Source of the DNA: Eledone cirrhosa
Taxonomy: Eukaryota
Direction: 5' to 3'
DNA length: 64,000 bases
Assembly (NCBI GenBank): GCA_964016885.1
Contig: OZ024747.1
Location: forward strand, 3,348,001-3,412,000
Both the position numbers and the translations under genes were made by a program. Below are positions 12,291 to 23,630 of the stretch, piece by piece. The notes beneath the pieces were generated by a model. The model was not told the DNA's origin. It did not search any database and saw nothing but the letters and a program-made list of their open reading frames with translations. Position 1 is the first letter of the stretch. Each line of letters begins with the position of its first letter.

Positions 12291-13984
12291 AGCAGATGTT
12301 AAATGATGTATATAATATATAAATGTGCCTATGTCTTCATTTGTTTCTGCCTGTGTTTATATATTTGTATTTGTTTATATTCCATAACCTAGCTGTTTGA
12401 TAAATAGAAACCAATAAATTATTTATCAGACTTGAAAAAATGTACTGAGGTCGATATGATTGACAAAATCCCTTTTGGCCATGCCGCAGTCTAATAACCA
12501 AAACCAATAAGAGAATAAAAGAAAATTTATCCATGTAAATTACTTTAGCATATACCCAACTAAAGCTTTCTTAATACAGATTTTCAGTAAAGCCCCTTAA
12601 CATCTCTAATTGTCAAAGACATACATATCAGCTAACAAAGACATTGCACTCATACTAACCTTTTTTTCTTTTAATTAAAGAAAAATCAAATTAAAGATGT
12701 GGACATTTTTCCAACTTAACCACCCTTTTAAGTCAACAATCTCGTAGAGGCCAATAAATTCGATATTTCATTAGTTATGTTATGCAACTGTGAATGACTT
12801 CTCAGAAATTGAACATCACCTCATACAGTTTAATTATTTTTGGCAAATATTTTTTTCAATAGTTTTCTAAGCTTGGTAAACAGTAGAAGAAATGGTTCCA
12901 TGAATAAGATTAAAAATGTCTGGGTGCAGGCTTATCATTTTCTCTCCATAAATCCTCATTACTTTCTTTGATTACTTAAAACATAAAAAGAGTAGATGTA
13001 TCATAATGAGATGATTAAGAAGTTTATTTCGCAATCATGTCATCTGGTTTCAGTGATACTGTGTGGCATAACAGGAAAAGTGTCTTATACTATAGCCTCA
13101 GGGAAACCCAAGTCTTAGGAATGAAATTCCATAGACCAAAACTGTTTGGAAGTCTGACAGATGGACTCTACCTGTAATTTAAAGTCAAACTTGTCACACA
13201 TTGTTTCACACTGTAGAATACTCAGCTACTTATTATACATGATTGGCAGTACCTGTAATATAATGGGTCAGCCATGTCACACTATTTCATACTGAATCTC
13301 TCTGAGAACTACGTTAAAGGTGTACATGTCTGTAGAATACTCAGCTAATTACATGTTAATTTGATATATCAGGATAGAACCAGTTTAAAACTAGTTAGAT
13401 CTAACTAGTTGTCAGCTACAATGGGAGGGCAATAGTGTAACTTTATAGTTGTCAGCTACAATAGGAAGCTGCAGAATATCAGAGTTACAAGCTGCCTTGA
13501 TCCTCCTGAATAGTAATCACTACTCAGTTTAATCATAATTATTCACTGTTTTTAATTAATTCATATTTCGTTTTGTTCTATTTGATTACATTTTTTGTTT
13601 TTAGAATTTATATTTATACAATTTTAATTAATACAACTTCATATTTCTCCTTCTTTCTGTGCAATATTTCATGTCCTTGTGGCAAGTACAGTAATCCTCC
13701 CCATCATCACCATTGTCACCAACATATCATCATCATAATTATCACCTTCTTCATCATTATCATCTTCACCACCATAATAATCATCATCATCATCTCTATT
13801 ATAAACCACCAACAACATTATAAGGTTTATATCTATTTTGTTATTTTGGTTAATTGTTCTAATTAAATTCTGCAGTTCATCAATATTAATTCCACTATCT
13901 TATCCTAATAATAATGATATTGAAAATATTGTGTACAGTGCTCAGGTGCACTACAACTCATCAAACAGTATATATATAGTACAT

Positions 13985-14135
13985 AGGGTAATGTACAAAC
14001 GTCAGTGCATGAGTCATGATATGAAAGGGGGACATCAGGTGTAGTTTTGGGAAGCATGATGGTTTTAAAGGATGCAGTGTCTCGGCAGCTAACAACTGAC
14101 GCAGACAGTTTGTTCCATGCTTCAGCAACTCTATT
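13985..14135 (-). mobile_element. CR1-like LINE 3' end
   Basis: NRVAEAWNKLSASVV...SFK matches the typical CR1 C-terminal motif. Confidence 0.55.
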
Positions 14136-14530
14136 AGCATTCATCAAAAATCTCAATGAATTTTATATCAATTCATTCATCATTGTTGGGAAAAGCCTAG
14201 CAAACTGATTATATATATATATATATTCAGTAAACAAAGATGCAATTCAACATCAAGCATTCAACATCATGTTACTTCTTCAAAATAAGGATGACAGTAT
14301 ATAGTTAGATTGAGGAAAATGTGAAGTTGTAGATGTTCAGGATTTCTTTATTAATTGAGCTGTTAAACATATTTCAATGATAATCAATATCGTGATTTCA
14401 TCAGACAGCAAAATTGAGTTAAATGTAACGTTTCCAAGGCAGTTATTGGTGGAAGGATGTGGACTAAAAACATTTTATGCTTTTGCTTTGGTTGTCCGTT
14501 CCCTTATCTACAACTTTGCATCTTCCTCAT

Positions 14531-14556
<26 letters not shown>

Positions 14557-14563
<7 letters not shown>

Positions 14564-14767
14564 GTGAGGTTTTTTTTTTACAATATGAAAAATAACCGAG
14601 GTGTCCTACACGAGTGGAAGTATAAAGAAAAAGGGATGAAATCGAAAATGCAACTGAAGTCTTATTTTTTTTTTAAATATATATATTTATTTGGTTCCTT
14701 TACCGGTTTCGCAGTTCTTCTGCTTTTCAAAAGGTGAGTTGAGATGGAGGGTCTGTGGTTTTTCTCA
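14557..14767 (-). mobile_element. ~210-bp non-autonomous hammerhead-bearing element (copy 1) in (TA)n
   Basis: Near reverse complement of 16519-16724. TA runs on both sides, no ORF. Confidence 0.8.
14697..14734 (-). ncRNA. Minimal type-I hammerhead motif, U3-A8 core variant
   Basis: Minus strand reads CCTT-TTGAAAA-GCAG(AAGAA)CTGC-GAAA-CCGG-TA-AAGG. Perfect stems I and II, palindrome ACCGGT, GUA cleavage triplet. Confidence 0.72.
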
Positions 14768-15621
14768 TATATATGTTAAATGGCATTACCAACATGCAGC
14801 TAGAAACCTGACATGACCAAAACCAAACAGAAAACAGTGGAGATCAACCAGGGAGGGCTTCATCCAACAGGAGTTGAGAAGTCCCTGCATTAGATTATAT
14901 ATATATCTATATATATATGTGTGTGTGTTTCTCTCTTTGTATGTACATTTGCATGTATATATATATACAAAAAGTTATAATAAGAATTGCAGCTTTTTGT
15001 AAACTTTACAGGACAACATATATATATATATATATATACACACACATACATTTGCTTTATTGTTTATTATTTAGTGAAAATGTGAAACAAAATAAGTTAA
15101 TATGAATCTTTCAAAATATAAGAAAAATGGCTTTATAAATGTACATTAAAATATGAATTCAATTATAGAGTGAGGTGGGAAGAGGCAGAGAGTGAGAATT
15201 GGACAAAGAGAGGAATAGAGAGAAAAAGAGAGACAGAGAGAGTGAGAGAGAGTTAAGATAGCATTGTACATATCACAGATTATGTTTAGGGACTTGATTT
15301 TATTTTGCACCTGTCCATGAGTAAACACAAATGCACACACATGTATATGGACGCATTCAAGTTCACACTGTTGACTTGTGTACACTCATGTACAGCAGAA
15401 GTGATACAAGAAAGCTAGGAGTCTTGATTCTTATATATTCTAATATAGAATAACATTCATTCTTATGATTCCTTCCTGTTGTTAGCTTTCAAAACCATAT
15501 TAACAGTTTTAATTATTGCTCAGTGGAATGAGAGCAGTTTGCTTAATACAGGGTGTTTCCAAAAATTAGATGTCATTTCAGATGTAAATATCCCAGAACT
15601 ACAAACCCTAGTATGAGACTG

Positions 15622-15678
<57 letters not shown>

Positions 15679-16030
15679 CAGATCTAGCTGTCTAAACAGC
15701 CACAGCTCAGCCGTCAGGGTCCTGACTCTTTTCCTATTACCCACTCTACTACCCTGAGTATCGAGTATTCTGGTGCATTATGGTCCACCTGGTATCTTAC
15801 CATACCTTTTTACATATATATATATATCATCATCATCATTTAACGTCCATTTTCCACACTCACACAGAAGTGATTTTGGCTTGATTTCTATGACTGGATG
15901 ACCTTCCTAACACCAACAACATTTACAGTGTGTACTTTGTGCTTTTTGTCGTGACACCTACATGGCCACTTTACAGTGTGAACAATTCACTAGAGAAAAT
16001 TGTTAACTTTCCAGTTATGTATGTATATAT

Positions 16031-16360
16031 ATGGCTTAGTGGTTAGAGCATTGGCCCTGCAATCGAAAGGTTGTGAGTTCAATTTTCAGACCGGGCGATG
16101 TGTTGTTTCCTTGAGCAAGACACTTTATTTCACATTGCTCCAGTTTACTCAGCTGTAGAAATGAGATGATAGGGACTGGGGTCCATATCATTCCACTGCA
16201 AAGTGGTCGTGGAGGTGCCATGCCAAAAAGCACCCAGCACTCACTGTAAATGAGGTTGGTGTTAGGAAGGGCATCCAGCTGTAGAAATCAAGCCAGAATC
16301 AGTTCCTGTCCCACCCTTGATAAAAGGAAAAGCGGACGTAAAATGGTGATGCTGATGATG
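16031..16360 (+). mobile_element. SINE family C
   Basis: Homologous to 43071-43405. Confidence 0.85.
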
Positions 16361-16500
16361 ATATATATACATTTATATGTATATATATAATATACATTTA
16401 TATATATATTTATATGTATATATATATATATACATTTATATGTATATATATATATACATTTATATGTATATATATATATACATTTATATGTATATATATA

Positions 16501-16724
16501 TGAGAAAAACCACAGATGTGAGAAAAACCACAGACCCTCCATCTCAACTCTACTTTTGAAAAGCAGAAGAACTGCGAAACCGGTAAAGGAACCAAATAAA
16601 TATATATATTTTTTTAAAAATAAGACTCCAGTTGCATTTTGGATTTCATCTTTTTTCTTTATATTTCACTCGTGTAGGACACCTCGGTTATTTTTCATTC
16701 TGTAAAAAAAACCTCACTTTCTAA
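16501..16724 (+). mobile_element. ~210-bp non-autonomous hammerhead-bearing element (copy 2) in (TA)n
   Basis: Homologous to 14557-14767. The 5' 16-mer tgagaaaaaccacaga is duplicated (16501-16516, 16519-16534). TA-rich flanks. Confidence 0.8.
16552..16589 (+). ncRNA. Minimal type-I hammerhead motif, U3-A8 core variant (second copy)
   Basis: Reads ACTT-TTGAAAA-GCAG(AAGAA)CTGC-GAAA-CCGG-TA-AAGG. The core is identical to 14697-14734. Confidence 0.7.
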
Positions 16725-17073
16725 TATATATATATATATACATATATCATCATCATCATATATATATGTATATATATGTATATGTGTATATATATGTATA
16801 TATATATATGTATATGTATATGTATATATATGTATATGTATATATATATATGTATATATATGTATATGTATATATATATATGTATATATATGTATATGTA
16901 TATATATGTATATGTATATATATGTATATGTATATATATGTATATGTATATGTATATATGTATATATATGTATATGTATATATATATATGTATATGTATA
17001 TATATATGTATGTATATGTATATATATATGTATGTATATGTATGTATGTATATGTATATATGTATGTATATGT

Positions 17074-17107
<34 letters not shown>

Positions 17108-17387
17108 ATAAATCGATGTCATTTGCTCTATCAGCATTTCAAATATTTGTGAAATTGTGCTGCCATCTGTGAATGAGTCTTGTAAATGAAATTCCAATAA
17201 AAACAGAATTTTCTGCAGGCTGCTTTCACATTACTTCAACATTTCCACAACAATTTAGCAAGGTTGTTTTCAGTAATGTTATAATTTACCTAGTAACTCT
17301 TTATAATAGACACTACATTCTAATCCTTGGCCCCACACCACTACCATTGTCAATTCCATTAACATCCTTGTTATTTGTAGATATATT

Positions 17388-17596
<209 letters not shown>

Positions 17597-18569
17597 TATT
17601 CATATTGCTCTTATTGTTGTTGGTAGTATTTTTATCATTCTACTTCATCTCATCCTCCTCCTCATTATTATTATTAATTTCTTCTACTCCTTCCTCTTCC
17701 TTCTTCTTCTTCTTTCTCTTATTTCTTCTTCTCCTCCTCCCCATCGTCACCATCTTCACCATCCTTATCATCAATGCATTGTTCTATTCCTCTTGCAAGT
17801 TTCTCACAGAAAAATTGCATCTGTTCTTTGAAATAGTTTGGTTCATTTATCCTTCAATTGAAAAGCAGGCAAACTTGCTGATGCAATGGTAATGGCTATA
17901 ACGAACAAAAATAAGTAGCTTGATGAATAAAATGTCCATCTGTTTGTTTATTTTATTTTTCCTTTTATCTAACACAATTTCAAATGCTGTAAATAAATAT
18001 TGCTTACATATATAGATATATATATGTAGCTTACATATATATAATATATACATACACACATGCACGCACACAAATACACACACACATATATATTTATATA
18101 TAATGTTATTGTTGCCTATAATATAGTATATATATGGAAGAGTTCTTTCTTGTGAATAATTAAATTTTATACATTCAAAATACATTTGGTTGTTTATGAA
18201 ATCATTTTGTTCAGTTTTAATGTCATCTATTTGGGGGAGAAAAAAGGTTTATTTTCTACAAATGTATCATCATCATCATCATCGATATTGTGACTGCCAT
18301 TATTGTTATTTTTACTCTTGTTTTTATTTTGTTATTCTCACAAATATGAATTATTATCATTATTATTATTTCTATTATTAAAATCTAAATTACAGTTGCC
18401 AAACATTGTTTTGGAGAAATTTAGAAATATGATGGGAAATCTTATTGCTATTAGATAATGAAAAGTAGAAGAATATTTTTTTTAATAGACATCATATTTC
18501 TATACAACTCCATTCTTGTGATATTTTTATCATTTCAAAATATAGTTTCAAATTATGATTAAAATGAAA

Positions 18570-18593
18570 TTTCTTTTTTCTCTATATTTTTAG
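18570..18593 (+). other. Splice acceptor for the protocadherin exon (implies an upstream non-coding exon)
   Basis: Polypyrimidine tract tttcttttttctctatattttt followed by AG at 18592-18593, 43 nt before the ATG. Confidence 0.7.
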
Positions 18594-18636
18594 AAACAAA
18601 CATATTGAATCAGACAGACAAATTCTAAAAGGAAAT

Positions 18637-21048
18637 ATGTTAGAACTATTATATTTGCTGTTTATTCTGAATGTCTCACTCTGTGTAGACCAAATCTACC
18701 ACGTAAAAGAAAATCAGCATCCAGGAATTTTTATTGGTGATATTGCTTCTGATACAAGAATTTGGGGAAGCATTTCAGCCCAAGGTTCACAACAAACTGT
18801 TCTTTGGTTTAGCCAACTCCAGCAAGAAGTTTCCACAACTCCTCAGTTATTTAATATTTCTAAAAAAGGAAAGCTTTATACTGCGCAGACACTAGATGCT
18901 GAATCTCTTTGTAAATATGCCACTGAGTGTTCCAAAATGGTGGATGTGGCAGTACAAAATAAATTGTCTTTTGTTAAGATATTGGAGTTAAAAATTATTA
19001 TAGAAGATGTTAATGATAATCAACCAGAATTTCCCACTGATGCCAACAATCTTTATTTTTCTGAAACAGATGGAAGAGGTACTATAAAATCTATTCCAAA
19101 TGCTGTTGATATTGATGTTGGAGAGCAGAACTCACAAATTACATATCACTTAAATGAAAACCTCAGTAATTTATTTGCTTTATCTGTTATCAAGAAAATT
19201 GATGGAACTGCAAAACTAGGAATTTTCTTGCAACAGAAACTTGATCGTGAAAAAAAAGACACCTACAGCTTAGAAGTAATTGCGAAAGATGGAGGTTCAC
19301 CCCCGTTGCGGGGAAGTTTGAATGTCCAAATATCTGTTAAAGATGAAAATGATAACTCACCCTTATTTTCACAGAATATTTACAACGTGTCAATAAATGA
19401 TGGTTATTTCAAAGGCACTCCAATCATTCATGTTTCAGCAACAGATCTAGACTCAGGTGTAAATGGTAAAGTTTTCTACAAATTTGGTTCAAAAACATCA
19501 AATAATCATAAAAGGTACTTCAAAGTACATCAGAAAACTGGGGAAATATTTTTGCTTCAAAAACTTCCAGCAAGATCCAAAAAGGTGTATAAGTTATTTG
19601 TTGAAGCTACTGATGGGGGAAGTCCTCCTTTAAGTTCCACAGCCATTGTTCTAGTCTATGTCATCAACCAACAGAACAATGCTCCTGTTATAGATATGAA
19701 CTTTATTTCTCGATCAAAAGAAAATAATGCAATGGTTTCTGAAGCAATCAAAGTTGGAGGATTCATTGCATTTGTTAAAGTCACAGATGAAGATGTTGGT
19801 AGGAACAGTGAAGTAACATGTGACCTTCAGCATGAAAAACTTCAGCTAAGAAGCCTTGGAAAGAATAAATATCAAATAGTTGTAAAGAATTTAATTAACA
19901 GAGAAACAGAAAACTATATTGAAAGTACAATAGTTTGTGAAGACAAAGGATCTCCTCCTTTAAGAACTGAGAGAAAGTTTTCTATCAAAGTAAAGGATGT
20001 CAATGACATACAGCCTCAGTTTACCAAAGATTTATTCAAATTCTTGACCTATGAAAATGAAGAACAAAATTTTCCTGTAGGCTTTGTCAATGCTACAGAT
20101 GAGGATTTGGGACCTGGAGGTCAGCTGAGCTTTTCTTTATTTAATGAAAGAGGTATCATTTTACCTTTTAAGATTTCTGATTTTGGATTCATTTCTGCAA
20201 CTCAGTCTTTGGATAGAGAACAACAGGATATCTACAAATTTAAAGTTTTAGTTAAAGACAATGGAAAACCTTCGCTTAACAATACAGCTAATGTAGTTGT
20301 TAAAGTTATGGATAAAAATGACAATTCTCCTTATTTTACATTCCCTAGTGTTAACCCTTTCAATTTAGAAATCCATTATCAACCACAAATTAATATTGTC
20401 ATCACAACATTAAGAGCTTCTGACAGGGATAGACATGTAAATGCATTCCTTAGATATGAAATATTTGGGGGTAATGATAAACAGTTATTTACTGTCAACC
20501 CTTACACAGGAGTGTTGTCTTTCTCTGGTCCAGTTTACCAAAATGATGCTGGATCTTATATCTTAAAATTAGCTGTCAAAGATGGTGGTACACCAATCTT
20601 GTCAGCAACAACTACATTGTCTTTGACACTAACTGTTAGTAATACAACAGCCAGAATGTACACAGCTGAGGACACAGAATCAGACAACAGAATACATATT
20701 AATTTGATGATTATTATAGTAGTAGCAGCAGTGATAGTTTCTGTTGCTATTGTAGTTTCCATAACAATATGTATTCTTCGTAAAAATAACCAAAGAGATG
20801 TCCAATATAGTTGTCGAGTTGATGACTCTAATAACTACCTGGGAGAAAATGCTCTCTCTGACTATAATACTGAACAAATATCTCATGATGATATACCTGT
20901 TACAGTTGAATCCTATGCAAGCAATCAGAGAACTGGTCCAACTCTCTTGCTCAGAAGAGATCCTCATTCAAAATATGAATCTAGTCATGAGTGGAAAGGT
21001 CCAGTATCAGGAATACAACCACAGAATGTCATACAGGAATCTCTTCAG
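18637..21048 (+). CDS. Protocadherin (cephalopod-type), large ectodomain exon: signal peptide, 6 EC repeats, TM helix, start of cytoplasmic tail
   Basis: 807-aa ORF with a hydrophobic N-terminus and cadherin motifs DVNDNQP, LDRE, KDGGSPP, DENDNSP, ATDLD, DVNDIQP, DKNDNSP. TM segment LMIIIVVAAVIVSVAIVVSITICIL. Canonical donor CAG|GTGAGT at 21048/21049 in phase 0, so the stop at 21060 is probably intronic. Confidence 0.95.
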
Positions 21049-21054
21049 GTGAGT
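21046..21054 (+). other. Splice donor ending the protocadherin exon
   Basis: CAG|GTGAGT matches the 5' splice-site consensus and falls at a codon boundary (804 codons). Confidence 0.85.
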
Positions 21055-22068
21055 TATTAAAGATTTTTAAATCAGTTTGTTTTCTTACTTTGTAATATCA
21101 CTTTACTTGATATCAAGCATCTTTATATTTACTTGTAATAAATATTGATAATTTCAAGTAAAATTTGGGCTATTTTTTCTTGGCAGAAATTCTCAAAGAA
21201 AAATAGTTGATTTATATTTTCTTATATTTACTTTATCTATAACATTTTGTCAGTAAGTAGAATAATATAGAAATATATGGATATTACAGAATTATAGCCT
21301 CAGTGTGTATTTAGTGTTCAGAATTCTGCCCTCAGGTATTTTTCCTCAGCCATATTACTGATGTTCTTGATCAGTGTCAGAATATTCTGTCTATACAAAA
21401 ATGTAATGATTACTTCTAATTCTTGCCAACTGAATAAACAGGATTTGTTGAGTAGTCTTAAAGAGACCAGAGCATGTCTGTTGGTTTCAACTGTTCACTT
21501 CAAAGGCAAGATTCACTCTCTTCTGCTTTGTCTGTAATTTCCAAAATTTCATTTGGTTGATTTTATTTGCTCATGGCTTTTCATTTTTAAACGATTCTAG
21601 AGTGATTTTCTGTCTATTGAATATTATCTATTGTTTTTTAACTAACTATATTTTATGTGTGAGACTCTACTGTGGATTTGATTCTTTGTAACAATCACAA
21701 ATCATGTGAATATGAGATCTAGTTTTGATTATTGAGTTTACTAGATCTCTCTGATGTCTCTATGACATCTGTTCTTATAAAAAAACAAAAGGATCAAGAA
21801 CATTCTGGAAAATAATTATAAGATATGTAACTAAATTAGTTTATAGAATAATAGACAGCTCACTGAAATGTGCATAGTCTGCATTCTGTTACCTCTGCTA
21901 TACTATGTTCTTAGCTAAACACTCAACTCACTGCTGGATCAGCTGACATCCATGTAAACATGGCGACTCTGTTACAAAGTCTTCAACTTTGTCTTAAAAC
22001 CTAAAGAATAAAGACTCTCATTTCATTCAACAAACAACTGTTTAAAGTGTTTAACCAATAACTTTTTG

Positions 22069-22310
22069 TGGAGGTGCATAGCCTAGTGGTAAGGGTGTCT
22101 GACTTATGATTATAATGACGTGGGTTTGATTTCTTGATTGCATTGTGTGTTGTGTTCTTGAGCAAAACACTTCATTTTATGTTGCTCCAGTATAATCAGC
22201 TGAAAATGAATACCAGCAACAATAGGCAAGAGTCTTGTACTCTGTCATTTAATGCTATGGAAACTAGTGTAAGTTCTGGCTGGATAAACCTCTGGACTTG
22301 AGACTGACTT
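22069..22310 (+). mobile_element. Diverged SINE family C
   Basis: ggaggtgcatagcctagtggtaagg head and ttcttgagcaaaacactt core. Confidence 0.65.
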
Positions 22311-23527
22311 TAAACTTAAATAACTGCTTTGGATTTTATATAAAACTGAACAATTAAAAAGATTGACAGAAACACAAGAACAATGCAATTTCTAAGATTT
22401 TACTCTATTATATCATAAAGGTTGTGGATTAGCAGAATCGTTAGTGTGTTTGACAAGATTCGTTGTGGCATTTATTCTAGTTCTTTATGTTCTTAATACA
22501 AATCCTGTCTTGTACAACTTTTTCTATTTCATTCTTCAGGACTCCTTTGATTTAATCAACTAACCTCATTTTCCAAATTTCTGGCCTTGCAGTTATGTTA
22601 GGAACAGTTAAATGATAATTCATTTTCAATAGTCTGCTTCTTGTCTCCCAATATAACAATTTGTATATTTTAGATTTACTAAACTTGGCTTTGTATGAAC
22701 TTTAAGATTTGTCAGATGTCTAAAATGTTTGAAAATAAAATATCAGATGCTTATTATTTTAATACGAATATACTGAATGATCAGAAAAAAAAGTTATCTG
22801 AAAAAGAAAACGAAAAAAACTTTCTATCTGTGTTTTCCAATTATGTTTTTTTCAGCAAAATGTTATAACTGAAATTATTGATACAAATAGGAGCAACTGT
22901 AGTGAAATTATTACAATTATGTTTTTTTAAAAATATTTTACTAATATTTACTACAATCATATAAATGTTTGGATGATAATTCTAACTTGGTGTAACTCTG
23001 GAAAATAACTTGGATTTGTGATGATAAACCATGTTACAATATATCAATGTTTCAATAAACCCCTTAGTTTAGCAGTTTTCAGCCTTTGGTCAGTGAACCT
23101 CCAAGAATCTACATTGATAGTACTAGAGGTTTGTAGGAAGTTTCACTTAAATAAATGGGGTACATCCAGATCTGCCCTTCTTTGCCCCTTCCCCCTCTCT
23201 TCATTACTTAATTTTGTTTTTATCTTTCTTTTTCATTTATCTATCACTTTATACAGTTAAGGAACATCTTGAGTATATTCTAGACCAGTCGTGTCCCTAG
23301 GACCATCACCATTGGCACGGAGTTTGCTACCTGTAGGTGTGAGCTTTGCGAGCTGGAATACCTCTTCTAATGCATCTCCCTCACCACCCACCTGGGAAAC
23401 ACCTTCTCTATTCTGTCCCCGGGGCCACTGGGTGGCCAGCGTCTGGGTCCTCATTTACTTATAATAGTAAGAGATGAGGAGAGTGAGAGATGGAGGCAGT
23501 GACTATACCAGCATTGTTAATATATTA

Positions 23528-23630
23528 ATCCCGTCAAGGTTAACTTTGCCTTTCATCTTTACGGGGTCGATAAAATAAAGTACCAGTAATGTACTGGGTA
23601 ATTGCTGGCCTTGTGCCAATAATAGAAACA
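23528..23630 (+). mobile_element. 5'-truncated SINE A
   Basis: Core plus tail. TSD gttaatatatta at 23516-23527 and 23631-23642. Confidence 0.85.

Noticed and set aside
15547-15623. TACAGGGTG...AAAAA Tc1/mariner-like end
   Set aside because: No matching second TIR found; truncated by a TA array.
23221-23455. Candidate downstream protocadherin exon after tttatacag (23256), GC-richer island
   Set aside because: Phase 0 gives only LRNILSIF-stop and no recognisable protocadherin cytoplasmic motif. It cannot be supported without transcripts.
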